The notes below the pieces were generated by a model, which saw only the letters and a list, made by a program, of their open reading frames with translations, searched no databases and was not told the DNA's origin. A stretch of DNA of 64,000 nucleotides from an uncultured Acholeplasma sp. (GTDB lineage Bacteria > Bacillota_I > Bacilli_A > Acholeplasmatales > Acholeplasmataceae): the NCBI GenBank assembly GCA_964648225.1, contig CAZYKH010000001.1, forward strand, positions 135,959 through 199,958. Reading direction: 5' to 3'. The position numbers were made by a program, and so were the translations under genes. Positions 8,642 to 18,511 of the stretch are shown here, piece after piece (positions within the stretch are counted from its first letter, which is position 1; each line of letters starts with the position of its first letter).

Positions 8642-11229
8642 TAGAGGGCTCCTTTCGTTATATAGTAATTCATTCCAGAAACTACGTTACCATCGACAAC
8701 GACATTAAATAAGTTGTAGTTAATGATGATTTCTAAACCATTTGAATATTGCACCTTATACACGTTATTAAAACCACTTAATTTTTCATGATTTACCAAA
8801 TAACCTTCGGCAATTTTCATGCCATTTAAGGTTTTAACTTGTTGTTCAATAACATCTAACCAGTTGACATAATGGGTTGACATATATTCATTGTGTTGTG
8901 TATTTAATAGTTTTTGTGAACTGTCATAAGATAATGTATATTTAATGTTTGATCCAGTTTCTAAAGCTTTTAAAAATTGGAACTGTGGACTACGGTTACT
9001 TGATAAGTTCATCGAGTCACCAGTATATTCTTTCATACCACTTATGACAAGTTGCATAAATGGTACGGCATAGTCAATTAAGCCATAAAGCGTTGTTTCT
9101 GTTGGTACATTATCAAAACTTGTGCCATATGGAATTGCAAATCCTAATGGACTTGAAATTAAGATATCTTCATTGATTTGTTGTAATAAGTTTTCTTGAA
9201 TCAATAAAGCATCTTGTTTATAAATTGTATTGTTGTAATCATGGTTTGAAACAATTTGAGAACCAATAATATTTAAGCTTAAACCTGATGTATACACTTG
9301 TTTACTAAATTGTTTATATTGTGCTTCATAATAAAGTGGATTAATTAAATATTGACTACCATCACTTGAAACCGTTGCTACTTCAGATTCTGGTAAAAGA
9401 GATGGCAAGTGATAACTGTAAAGCATGGATTCTGATCCACGTATACGTTTCGTATTGTAAATGGATTTATCTAATAAACCACGATACGCTTTGGTTGAGG
9501 CAAAGTTAACATTTTGATATAGGTTAATCCCTTTAGATTCAAGTAAGTTTGAAAAACTTGCAAACTTATCACTGCCACCTAAGACAGATGGAATACGATT
9601 TCTATCAAACATTTGATTATCTAATCCACCGTTTGCAACACCTAAGTAATTGACATTGATATCAGTAATACCACGTTGTTCTAAAGCATTAATAATTTCT
9701 AATGCTTGATCAAATGTTGTTAAACTATCTAATCTTGTATAAGGAATACCTAAGAAGAAATCCTTTTTATCAAATGCACCAAGTAGCTCTGCTGTTAAAA
9801 CAGTTTTTGTTGTTTCATCTGTTTTAGTTAAACCTTTTTCATGAATTAAATAATCACGGTAGACGTTTGCAATACCCACATAGTTATTGTCTGTACCACT
9901 TAAAAAGTGGAATGCAACTTCAAAGTCTGTTTGAACAATATCTTTAGTTAGTAGTGTCACACCATATTGGTTAAAACCAGAACCTAAAATAACTTGTTCA
10001 GTTTCTCTGACTTGGAATGATGCAAACACACGGTTATATGAGTCACGACGATTCGATACGTCAGCATTGACATATGCCATGGCATCGCCTTGGGTAATAA
10101 TTGCTGCAAAACCATTGTTTTCTTTCACCATACCAAAAACTGGTAAGTTTAATTTTTGTTGTTGTTCAGCCATTTTCATAGGCATTTGTGATAAATCCAT
10201 ACCATACATACGTTTTCTATACGCTGCTTGGTTGGTTTTACCATTGTTAAATTCCATAATGGCACCACTCCCATCTGGTATGAAAATATAACCTTCAGAT
10301 GGCTGATCGTTAACAATCATATGTGCTGTGCCAAACATAGGATACAGTGAGATTTCAGAAAGTCTACCACCAGTTTCAACGATTGAATCTTTAATGATTT
10401 TGGTATTAATACCGTAGTCTTCTAAAGTTACTTCGACCCCTATTTTAAATTGGACACGACTAATTTCTTCTACAATACCAAACTGGTAGTTTAATTCTTG
10501 AATATCTTCTTCAGTAAATTCTAAAGTTTCATAAAATATTTCAAATAAGATTCTTTTAACACCGACACTTAAATCTGATTCATAATTTAATATATGGTAA
10601 GCATCGAGTGCTTCATCATAACCTAAATATGCATATAGTTGTAATCTGGATTGAATTTCTTCATCAAATGTAGCCATTAATTCTGCTGGAATGTATTTTG
10701 GAAAATATAGGTTTGTTATATCATCAGAACCAATGGTATAAAGCACTTGAAATCCATTATCAAGATATTTAAATTGATAGGTACGTTTACCCGCAGGATC
10801 TTTAACACCCGCCGGATGAGAAATACTTAATGCATAGTTGTTCGCAGTTGTAACAGAACCTGCATCATTATAATAGTTAAATTCTAATGTAGCCATTTGT
10901 CTATTTCTAGCAGCAGGGGTTGTACCCGGTCTTGTATCATTAGTTTGAGGGTTGGATAACCATATATAACCTGTAAATTTATCCAGTACACTAAAGTGAG
11001 ATGTTGTTTCATCAAAGTATAGTTCATACTGATCATTAAAGGACACTAACTGGTTTGTTTCTGTTGCATCTTGTGCATCCATAAAACCGGTTGTATCAAA
11101 TGCTTGTGTAGTTTGGTATGTATAACTTGCCTTCGATAAAGGTATACCGATTGCTATAAACAATAGTAAGGCAACAAACAAGACACCAATGATTAATTTA
11201 ATATAATGTTTTTGAATAAATAGTTTCAT
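8641..11229 (-). CDS. N-terminally membrane-anchored 862-aa extracytoplasmic protein, DUF5696-like; candidate glycoside hydrolase
   Basis: Single N-terminal TM ([19 protein letters not shown]) followed by a large soluble region. From memory it resembles DUF5696 proteins found next to Yip1 and large SBP genes. ATGA overlap with the upstream gene. Confidence 0.5.
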   Translation of the reverse strand: MKLFIQKHYIKLIIGVLFVALLLFIAIGIPLSKASYTYQTTQAFDTTGFMDAQDATETNQLVSFNDQYELYFDETTSHFSVLDKFTGYIWLSNPQTNDTRPGTTPAARNRQMATLEFNYYNDAGSVTTANNYALSISHPAGVKDPAGKRTYQFKYLDNGFQVLYTIGSDDITNLYFPKYIPAELMATFDEEIQSRLQLYAYLGYDEALDAYHILNYESDLSVGVKRILFEIFYETLEFTEEDIQELNYQFGIVEEISRVQFKIGVEVTLEDYGINTKIIKDSIVETGGRLSEISLYPMFGTAHMIVNDQPSEGYIFIPDGSGAIMEFNNGKTNQAAYRKRMYGMDLSQMPMKMAEQQQKLNLPVFGMVKENNGFAAIITQGDAMAYVNADVSNRRDSYNRVFASFQVRETEQVILGSGFNQYGVTLLTKDIVQTDFEVAFHFLSGTDNNYVGIANVYRDYLIHEKGLTKTDETTKTVLTAELLGAFDKKDFFLGIPYTRLDSLTTFDQALEIINALEQRGITDINVNYLGVANGGLDNQMFDRNRIPSVLGGSDKFASFSNLLESKGINLYQNVNFASTKAYRGLLDKSIYNTKRIRGSESMLYSYHLPSLLPESEVATVSSDGSQYLINPLYYEAQYKQFSKQVYTSGLSLNIIGSQIVSNHDYNNTIYKQDALLIQENLLQQINEDILISSPLGFAIPYGTSFDNVPTETTLYGLIDYAVPFMQLVISGMKEYTGDSMNLSSNRSPQFQFLKALETGSNIKYTLSYDSSQKLLNTQHNEYMSTHYVNWLDVIEQQVKTLNGMKIAEGYLVNHEKLSGFNNVYKVQYSNGLEIIINYNLFNVVVDGNVVSGMNYYITKGAL

Positions 11230-11864
11230 CGTCGTAACCCCAATTCTTCAATAATTGCTGAGATAAACGCTATAATTTGCTGAATCACATCAAAGAATAG
11301 TAAGCCTAAAAACATCATAACCATCATCGAAACGGCGGTTGCTATAAATGCCATGATGGTTTTTAATAAGCCATATTGATGGATGTTTAAAATACCCATA
11401 AATAACATCCAACCTGTTAAGAAATATGCAATACCCATTGCAAGTGTATAAAATGCCATTTCATCTAAGGTTAAGAAGTTTGAGATAAATAATGCTGGAT
11501 AACCAATGATGATTACTGGAAATAAAGCATATCCAGTGACCATTAATATTTCTTTAAACTTACCTTTACCTTCCATTAATGTTGTCACAGACCAGTTGGC
11601 TGTAACAAATAATATCACAAGTAAGCCAACCACAAATATTTCTTGTAAATTGTTGATCATCATTGGATTACGTTCATTAATTAAAAAGCTTTCATATTGA
11701 TAGGTTAAAATGCGTAGTAAAGCAAACAAAGCGATATAAACTAATGCAACGCTCAGTTTACCTTTCTTTTCTGTTTTAAATTCATCATACCCATCAAATG
11801 GATGCATTAATATATATTTAGGAAAGGATAGGTAATCATTAATAATAAGTTTAAGTTTGTTCAT
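11226..11864 (-). CDS. Yip1-domain integral membrane protein
   Basis: 212 aa with five hydrophobic segments and a Yip1-like topology. 1-nt overlap upstream and 4-nt overlap downstream. Confidence 0.6.
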   Translation of the reverse strand: MNKLKLIINDYLSFPKYILMHPFDGYDEFKTEKKGKLSVALVYIALFALLRILTYQYESFLINERNPMMINNLQEIFVVGLLVILFVTANWSVTTLMEGKGKFKEILMVTGYALFPVIIIGYPALFISNFLTLDEMAFYTLAMGIAYFLTGWMLFMGILNIHQYGLLKTIMAFIATAVSMMVMMFLGLLFFDVIQQIIAFISAIIEELGLRR

Positions 11865-13675
11865 TATTTTATGCTATCCTTTCTTTTTCTAATTTGTTTA
11901 TAAACTATAAATGCAGTAGGTAGGGCTAAAATCGCTAAAAAGATATAACCAAAATTTTCTTTTATAAGTTGATTTCTGTAGGACTTATACGCTCTAGAAT
12001 AATAGTATTTATCATAACCATACTTAAAATATTCCATCGCTGTTTCATAGTCACCTTTTCTTAAATAGTATTTACCAATACCATTGTAAGCAACCTCATA
12101 GTTTGTATTTAAGACAAGTACTTCTTCCCATAGTCTAGCTGCTTGTTCAAACTCACCACGTTCATGGTGATAAATTGCTTCATTAACAGTTTGACCAAAT
12201 TCTGTATGTTCATAAACAACAACAGTTCTTAAGTCTTTATCTAAGACTAACAAGTTGTCGCCAAAATAATCTAAGGCAACACCACTGGTAAACTTATCTA
12301 ATTGTTGGCCTGCTTCACCGTTGATATAAAGTAGGTTACCTTCAGCATCATAGGTAAATAATCTTGATCGTTTTGCATCTAAGACTGTATAGATACCATC
12401 TTTGTATATAGCAACATCAACAAGTCTTGATGGACCATCAACAACATAGTTATTCATGCCTTCAACAAAATGAATATCACCTTTTGGTACATGGTATCCA
12501 TTACGTATTAAGACATCAACACCTTTCGGGTTGATAAGTTGAATCATATTATCTGAGTTATTTGTAGATGCTAAAGATGTTGCATAAATAAAGTTTTCTT
12601 CGCTCATCGTGACATTGGTATAACTGGTTGGTAAAAACTTTGGTAGTTTATCAATTTGTGCATCACTCATCCAAAAACGGTTAAAGATATCAATCGGACT
12701 TAAAGTAATTGGGTTAACACCTGTAAAGCGGTTAAATGAACCATCTGTATCAAGCTCAATAATACCTTCGAAAACATCTCTGGCAACAACATACATTCTA
12801 CCGGTAGAATCGGTTGTCACTTTAAGTGGCATAAAATCAAGTTCATCAAATGTAATATCATCAATTTCTTGAAAGATATCAATGACTTCAAAGTGATGAT
12901 TTAATTTAACAATACGGTTGTTATTGGTATCTGCAATATAAATACCTGTGTGTGCAACATCTAATCCCATAGGTGTATTTAGTGTTAACGGTTCTAAGAA
13001 GTTTAATACTTCACTTCTTTCAACTGTTGTTACTAATTCTAGTACCGGGATTGGTTTGGTTGCATCTAAATCTAAATCAACTCTCGTTGCTTCATTTTCT
13101 GCTTTAGCTTCATTATAGATGGTTGTAATACCACTATTTGTGGTAGTTAACAATTGACCTAATTGAGTTGGTACATAATTTTGATTTGCTAGTGCTAAAT
13201 TACCATCAATCATTTGGTCTACTTGATCATTAAAGAATGTTTTTCTATCGTTTGCTAAAAACTCTAAATCATCAATACTTGTTGTTGCTTCATTACCAGC
13301 AGTTTGAATACCATCTAAAATCTCAAGTTTATAAAGATTAAAGGTGTCTTCTAAATCTGCGACTGTTTCAAATAAATAGTCTCTATAATCTTCTGAAATT
13401 AAAAAGTCTTTAAAATAATGTTCTAATGCAAAGTTATCATTGACCACAGCTAAAGCATTTGATCCACTGGATATAACAAATATTTCATTTTCAAAAACGA
13501 CTAAATCTTCTGGACTAACTAAATCGACACCTAATGTGCGATCACTAAATGTTTGAGCATAACTTAAACCTGGTGCTGAATGAATTACTTCACCATAATA
13601 TGAATAGTTATAACGTATGATTGAAAAGTTTATTGGTAATGTAAATATAAGAGAGATAAGTGTAAATAATTTCAT
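11864..13675 (-). CDS. exported NHL-repeat beta-propeller / TPR protein with C-terminal TM anchor
   Basis: 603 aa with an N-terminal hydrophobic signal. NHL-like motif GIYIADTNNNRIVKLN; C-terminal TPR-like YNGIGKYYLRKGDYETAMEYF; then TM FGYIFLAILALPTAFIVY and a KQIRKRK tail. Confidence 0.6.
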   Translation of the reverse strand: MKLFTLISLIFTLPINFSIIRYNYSYYGEVIHSAPGLSYAQTFSDRTLGVDLVSPEDLVVFENEIFVISSGSNALAVVNDNFALEHYFKDFLISEDYRDYLFETVADLEDTFNLYKLEILDGIQTAGNEATTSIDDLEFLANDRKTFFNDQVDQMIDGNLALANQNYVPTQLGQLLTTTNSGITTIYNEAKAENEATRVDLDLDATKPIPVLELVTTVERSEVLNFLEPLTLNTPMGLDVAHTGIYIADTNNNRIVKLNHHFEVIDIFQEIDDITFDELDFMPLKVTTDSTGRMYVVARDVFEGIIELDTDGSFNRFTGVNPITLSPIDIFNRFWMSDAQIDKLPKFLPTSYTNVTMSEENFIYATSLASTNNSDNMIQLINPKGVDVLIRNGYHVPKGDIHFVEGMNNYVVDGPSRLVDVAIYKDGIYTVLDAKRSRLFTYDAEGNLLYINGEAGQQLDKFTSGVALDYFGDNLLVLDKDLRTVVVYEHTEFGQTVNEAIYHHERGEFEQAARLWEEVLVLNTNYEVAYNGIGKYYLRKGDYETAMEYFKYGYDKYYYSRAYKSYRNQLIKENFGYIFLAILALPTAFIVYKQIRKRKDSIK

Positions 13676-13684
13676 ATAATCCTC

Positions 13685-14578
13685 CTACTTCAGACCAGAT
13701 GTACTAAATGTTTCTACAATCTTAGATTGTGAGAATATAAAGAACACAACTGGAACAATCATCATAATAAATGCAACCGCTGCAACGGTACCTGCACGTT
13801 CAATAGAGCCTTGTGCAATTTGACGCAATGCAAACGATAACGGCTTAAATTCTTCACTAAAGATAAATGCACCACCATCAGTTGTCCATAATCTTTGGAA
13901 GAGTAAAATAATTAATGTTAACCATGCTGGTTTAACCAGTGGCATCACAATTTGGAAAAATATACGATATTCGCTTGCACCATCTATTTTTGCAGATTCA
14001 ATTAACTCTGTTGGTACTTGTTCCATAAATTGCTTCATTAAGTATAACCCTAATGAGGAAGCAATTGCCGGTAAGATGATCGCAAACGGTGTATCAATTA
14101 ATCCAATCCAAGAAACAATAATATAGTTTGGCGTTGCTGTAACTTGAGGTGCAAACATCAGTGAGTATACAACGAGCATAAAGATAATTTTTGAACCTGG
14201 AAATTTATATTTAGCTAGTGGGTATGCACACATACTTGCAATCAGAACGTGTCCTGCAGTACCGGTTATCGTAATAAAGATTGTATTAAAGAAATATCTA
14301 GAAAATGGAATCCATGAATTACCAATAAGTTCTGATAAATCTCTAAAGTTATTAAATGTGATATTTCTAGGTAGTAATGTTGGTGGGAAAACAAAGAGCT
14401 CATCTAATGGCTTAAATGCATTAGATGCTGTCATAATTAATGGATATGCTGAAAATATCCCAAATATTGCCAGTAAAATAAATAAGGCAATATCGCCACC
14501 TAATGAACGGTTGAGTCTTTTGCGTTTTTTAATTTTACGTTGCATCATAAACTTTTGAACAGCTTGCATATTACTCAC
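13685..14578 (-). CDS. carbohydrate ABC transporter permease (MalG-like)
   Basis: 297 aa with EAA loop ESAKIDGASEYRIFFQIVMP. GTG start per the ORF track; an alternative ATG lies at 14569. Confidence 0.9.
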   Translation of the reverse strand: MSNMQAVQKFMMQRKIKKRKRLNRSLGGDIALFILLAIFGIFSAYPLIMTASNAFKPLDELFVFPPTLLPRNITFNNFRDLSELIGNSWIPFSRYFFNTIFITITGTAGHVLIASMCAYPLAKYKFPGSKIIFMLVVYSLMFAPQVTATPNYIIVSWIGLIDTPFAIILPAIASSLGLYLMKQFMEQVPTELIESAKIDGASEYRIFFQIVMPLVKPAWLTLIILLFQRLWTTDGGAFIFSEEFKPLSFALRQIAQGSIERAGTVAAVAFIMMIVPVVFFIFSQSKIVETFSTSGLK

Positions 14579-15500
14579 CCATCCTTCTTAAGAATTTTTG
14601 GACAATTAAGTTTGCACTAATCATAATAATAAATAACACGGTTGCAATCGCTGATGCATAACCTAGGTCAAATCGAATGGAACCATAGTCAATCAAGTGC
14701 GTTACAATGGTATGTCCTTCATATTGTACTGATGGGAACCCAACTAATTGCATCGACACTTCAGCAATCGCAAGTGATGTTGTAATTTGCATCACGGCCC
14801 CAAATAATAATTGTGGTTTCATAGATGGAATCGTAATGTACCATAATTCCTGCCATCTATTACGAATACCATCGATACTACCTGCTTCATAAAGTGTTTT
14901 ATCAACACCTTGAAGACCAGCAATAAAGGCAAGGAATGAAACCCCTAAACTTAGCCATAATTGAACTAATATAATAACAAATAACATATAATCTGGGTCT
15001 CGTAACCATAAGATTGGGTTATTAATCAGACCAAACTGCATTAAGAAAGCATTGGCATAACCATGAACGTCACCTGAAAAGATTAATAACCAAATTAAGA
15101 ATGCATTACCACTAATGGAAGGTGCATAAAATACTAAGGTCATAAACGCTCTAAGTTTTGGTCTAAGTTCATTAATTAACCAGGCAAATACGAAAGCCAG
15201 TAAGTAGGATACTGGACCCGTAACAACCGCTAAGACAAGCGTGTTTCTAATGGCGATGATAAATATCTCATCGTCTAGTAATAATTTTATATAGTTATCA
15301 AAGCCCACAAAACGTGGTGCTTCTAACATGTTAAATTGGGTAAAACTAATACCAAGTGACATGAATACTGGAATAATTGTGAAGGTTAAAAACAAGATTA
15401 AATACGGTGCCATTAACACATATAAATGTTTTGACTCCTTCATTTCTTTCCAAAGCATTTTGGATCTAGTTTTAAAATCTGGTTTAGCTGTAGCTTGCAT
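14571..15500 (-). CDS. carbohydrate ABC transporter permease (MalF-like)
   Basis: 309 aa, multi-TM, with EAA-like YEAGSIDGIRNRWQELWYITIP and RBS AAGAGGA upstream. Confidence 0.9.
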   Translation of the reverse strand: MQATAKPDFKTRSKMLWKEMKESKHLYVLMAPYLILFLTFTIIPVFMSLGISFTQFNMLEAPRFVGFDNYIKLLLDDEIFIIAIRNTLVLAVVTGPVSYLLAFVFAWLINELRPKLRAFMTLVFYAPSISGNAFLIWLLIFSGDVHGYANAFLMQFGLINNPILWLRDPDYMLFVIILVQLWLSLGVSFLAFIAGLQGVDKTLYEAGSIDGIRNRWQELWYITIPSMKPQLLFGAVMQITTSLAIAEVSMQLVGFPSVQYEGHTIVTHLIDYGSIRFDLGYASAIATVLFIIMISANLIVQKFLRRMGE

Positions 15501-15513
15501 ATAGATCCTCTTT

Positions 15514-18429
15514 CTAATCTAATCCGAACTCGCGACGTTTCTTAGCAAGTTCTTCATTAATCATTTGTACATAATCATAAATCGTCTCACGTGGATTTGC
15601 AGCTTCGTTTAATACGAGTCTAAATGCGTTATCTAAGTGACGACCTGTCATGTACCCACCTGGTACTTCTGGAATACCTCTTACCCATTGCCATTGTTCT
15701 TTAAGTTTTGCTAGTTCATCAACAGTCCATGGAAGTTGTTCCATCGCCTCAACGTTTGCGGTAGGATATCTTGCAGCAGCTCCTAAAATACCTTCTAGTT
15801 CACGACCAAAACGCATTTGAGTTTCTGTAGAAGTCCACCACTTTAAGAATTCCCATGACTCTTCTTTTTTAGTTGATTGGTTTAATATAATACCACCTGT
15901 ACCACTTGCAACAGTTTCACGGCGAATTTGTGTTTGCCCAAATTCATCCACGTATTCTGTACCAGGTACAGCAATAAAGTTCCATTTACCACGTATCTCA
16001 GGTGCAAAAACACTTAATACGTTGTAAGTATTGTAATAAGAGATACCAATTGGCATTTGTCCACTTCTAAAGCGGTTGTTGAAGTTTGCTTCAACAGGGA
16101 ATGAGTAGTTCGTATAAAAGGATGTCCACTGTTCAAATACTTGCGGTCCCATACCTTCATTAAAGCCTGATTGGCGATCCCCATCAATATAAAACTCACC
16201 ATCATTTTGGTAAAACATTGTTGAGAAAATCGGATTTGGTGGTAGCGTAACTGCCGCACCTTGTGTTAGTGGTACGGGTAAGTAAAACTCTAAGTTGTGT
16301 TTTTGAAGAGATGGAATCATTTCAACAACTTCACGCCATGTATTTGGCGGTGTAAGACCAATTTCTTCAAAAATATCTGTACGGTAAAACATCATTAAAA
16401 ATATTTGTTGTTCAGGTAGTGCGTAGTATTTACCATCAAATTCATATGGTACCATTGCACTTGGCATGAATCTTGTTACAATTTCATCGAAATCATCAAA
16501 TTGACTTAAATCATAAACTGCATTACGCATTGCATAGTTTACAGGTGTCGAGTCTGCTTGACCAATGGCCACATCCGGTCCACGGCCAGATAATGTTGCT
16601 GGAAGTAAACTTGCAGCCGATACTAATTTTAAGTCCACTTGTATTTGATGTTGTGGTGCAAATGATTCGTCAATTAATTTTCTTAAAATGTTTGCTTGGT
16701 CTTGACCAATCGATAACCATACATCAATGGTTTCATTGACTTGACCAGTATCAATACGTCCAACAGATGCAAAATCTGTTGTAAAAGATGCTAAAAATGA
16801 TCTAAAGCCAAACCAAGTACTTTCAAAGAATCCTGGTCTTGCTTGCGGTAAATCATAGTTTTCGTTATGTAATATAAAATAATCAATTTCTAATGGTTGA
16901 CTCGATAATAAAATAACGAGTGTTCCTAATGAAGATATGTTTGAAACATAGGTTGAAAGGCTATTTTGAATGTCTCTAGGACGATCTATAAAGTCTTCTA
17001 ATTGTAAAATAACCGTATCTAAAATACCAGTTTTTTCACTTCTATTTCCTGATGCATCAATGAGTGTTTGTCGTATCAGTTTTGCTTGTTCTAATTCAGT
17101 TTCAAATCTTTCAAGTAAATTTGGAATACGATTGACTAACTCATAATCTCTAAATGGGTCCGGACTTGGTCCGGTATAAATTAATATTTCTCTATAAATT
17201 TTATTTAAATTATCAATGACATGTTGTAAGTCAGAAATAAGTTGACCATAAATACCAAGTGAAACTTCCATGGTTAACTCATGTTCACCAGCTTCTAAGT
17301 AAAATAAGAATGCTTCTTCTTCAGTACCTAGTGTTTGAATACGCCAGTCGTTTGAAAATTTGAATGCGAACCCTTCCATTTCTTTAAATGGAATTTCTCC
17401 GTCAATATAAATATCTCTAAAAACAACCATACCGTTGGCTAAGCGTTGTTTTACACGCATAGAAATTTCATAGAGTCCTGACTTAGGAACCGAGAATTTC
17501 CAAGAGATTTGGTCACCCGCTTTATCCCAGTTCGTTCCACCCATTGTATTTAACTTAATCAATGTTGGATCTGATGGTGATGTTCTAGCAGATGTACGAT
17601 CATTTAAAGGATAAAGTGTTGGTGATGTTGTACGAATTGCAGATTCTGCTTCAATAATTTCAACTTTATCTTCGACAGTTTGATATCCGTTTTGATCATA
17701 AATTGCTTTAACTTCTTCATAGCTTGGTAATTCTCTTACTGATACTAACTCAACAGATTCTATGAGTAACGGTTCTCTTAAACTTTCAAAAGTTATCGTG
17801 TGTGAACCCGGCTCAAAATAAAATTTAAATGGCTCTGTAATATAACCTAATGGGTCACCAATGAGTTTGGATGTCCATATTGGTTTTTCAACTTGACTAG
17901 GCCTGATATCATTACCAACATAGTCTTGAATCACTTCGCCTTCACTACCAAAATAGCGGTGAAATATAATGTTTTCTGCTGCATCAAAAGGCGTTACCCC
18001 ATCTAAATACACACGACGCTCTATCGCCGAGTTTTTACCTGGATACGCATAATAATTAACACGAATATTGTAAAACCCTTCAGTTTCAACTTCAACCGGC
18101 AAGGTAATAGATCCTGTTTCATCAGTTAAAACAGATTCTGAAACACCCTCGAAATTATATTTAATTTCGTAGTTGCCTTCTATATCTGTAAAATCTGTAG
18201 CCGAAATCAAAATTGTTTTGTCTTCTGGAAATATTTGTGGTTTTGATGCAATATAATCTTCATAGTCTTTGACGTAAGAATCCTCACCAGGTTCTCTGTT
18301 TGTATCAACACTTAAACTTGTATTGTATTTTAAGTGATTATTATCAAAGGCTATACTGAGTGTGTCATTAATTATAAACGCAATAAACGCAATTAATAGC
18401 ACCAATAATGTTATGTGTAATCTTTTCAA
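15514..18429 (-). CDS. 971-aa TM-anchored protein: two CBM/galactose-binding-like domains + helical region + family-1 extracellular solute-binding domain
   Basis: TTG start with GAGGTGAGG RBS; N-terminal TM with no lipobox. Two ~150-aa beta-sandwich-like segments (GFYNIRVNYYAY.., GLYEISMRVKQR..). The C-terminal half resembles SBP_bac_1 (DVWLSIGQDQANILRKLIDESF..). Confidence 0.7.
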   Translation of the reverse strand: MKRLHITLLVLLIAFIAFIINDTLSIAFDNNHLKYNTSLSVDTNREPGEDSYVKDYEDYIASKPQIFPEDKTILISATDFTDIEGNYEIKYNFEGVSESVLTDETGSITLPVEVETEGFYNIRVNYYAYPGKNSAIERRVYLDGVTPFDAAENIIFHRYFGSEGEVIQDYVGNDIRPSQVEKPIWTSKLIGDPLGYITEPFKFYFEPGSHTITFESLREPLLIESVELVSVRELPSYEEVKAIYDQNGYQTVEDKVEIIEAESAIRTTSPTLYPLNDRTSARTSPSDPTLIKLNTMGGTNWDKAGDQISWKFSVPKSGLYEISMRVKQRLANGMVVFRDIYIDGEIPFKEMEGFAFKFSNDWRIQTLGTEEEAFLFYLEAGEHELTMEVSLGIYGQLISDLQHVIDNLNKIYREILIYTGPSPDPFRDYELVNRIPNLLERFETELEQAKLIRQTLIDASGNRSEKTGILDTVILQLEDFIDRPRDIQNSLSTYVSNISSLGTLVILLSSQPLEIDYFILHNENYDLPQARPGFFESTWFGFRSFLASFTTDFASVGRIDTGQVNETIDVWLSIGQDQANILRKLIDESFAPQHQIQVDLKLVSAASLLPATLSGRGPDVAIGQADSTPVNYAMRNAVYDLSQFDDFDEIVTRFMPSAMVPYEFDGKYYALPEQQIFLMMFYRTDIFEEIGLTPPNTWREVVEMIPSLQKHNLEFYLPVPLTQGAAVTLPPNPIFSTMFYQNDGEFYIDGDRQSGFNEGMGPQVFEQWTSFYTNYSFPVEANFNNRFRSGQMPIGISYYNTYNVLSVFAPEIRGKWNFIAVPGTEYVDEFGQTQIRRETVASGTGGIILNQSTKKEESWEFLKWWTSTETQMRFGRELEGILGAAARYPTANVEAMEQLPWTVDELAKLKEQWQWVRGIPEVPGGYMTGRHLDNAFRLVLNEAANPRETIYDYVQMINEELAKKRREFGLD

Positions 18430-18458
18430 AATGCCTCACCTCAATGAAAATGGTACCT

Positions 18459-18491
18459 CCTTCCTTATGTCATATAAAAACATAAGGAAGG
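18459..18491 (-). promoter_or_regulatory. intercistronic stem-loop between the two binding-protein genes
   Basis: Perfect 11-bp stem CCTTCCTTATG / CATAAGGAAGG (18459-18469 / 18481-18491) with an 11-nt loop and no immediate T-run. Likely an mRNA-stabilising or partial terminator element downstream of the first SBP gene. Confidence 0.5.
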
Positions 18492-18511
18492 TTATACCAA
18501 GTTCGTTTCTT

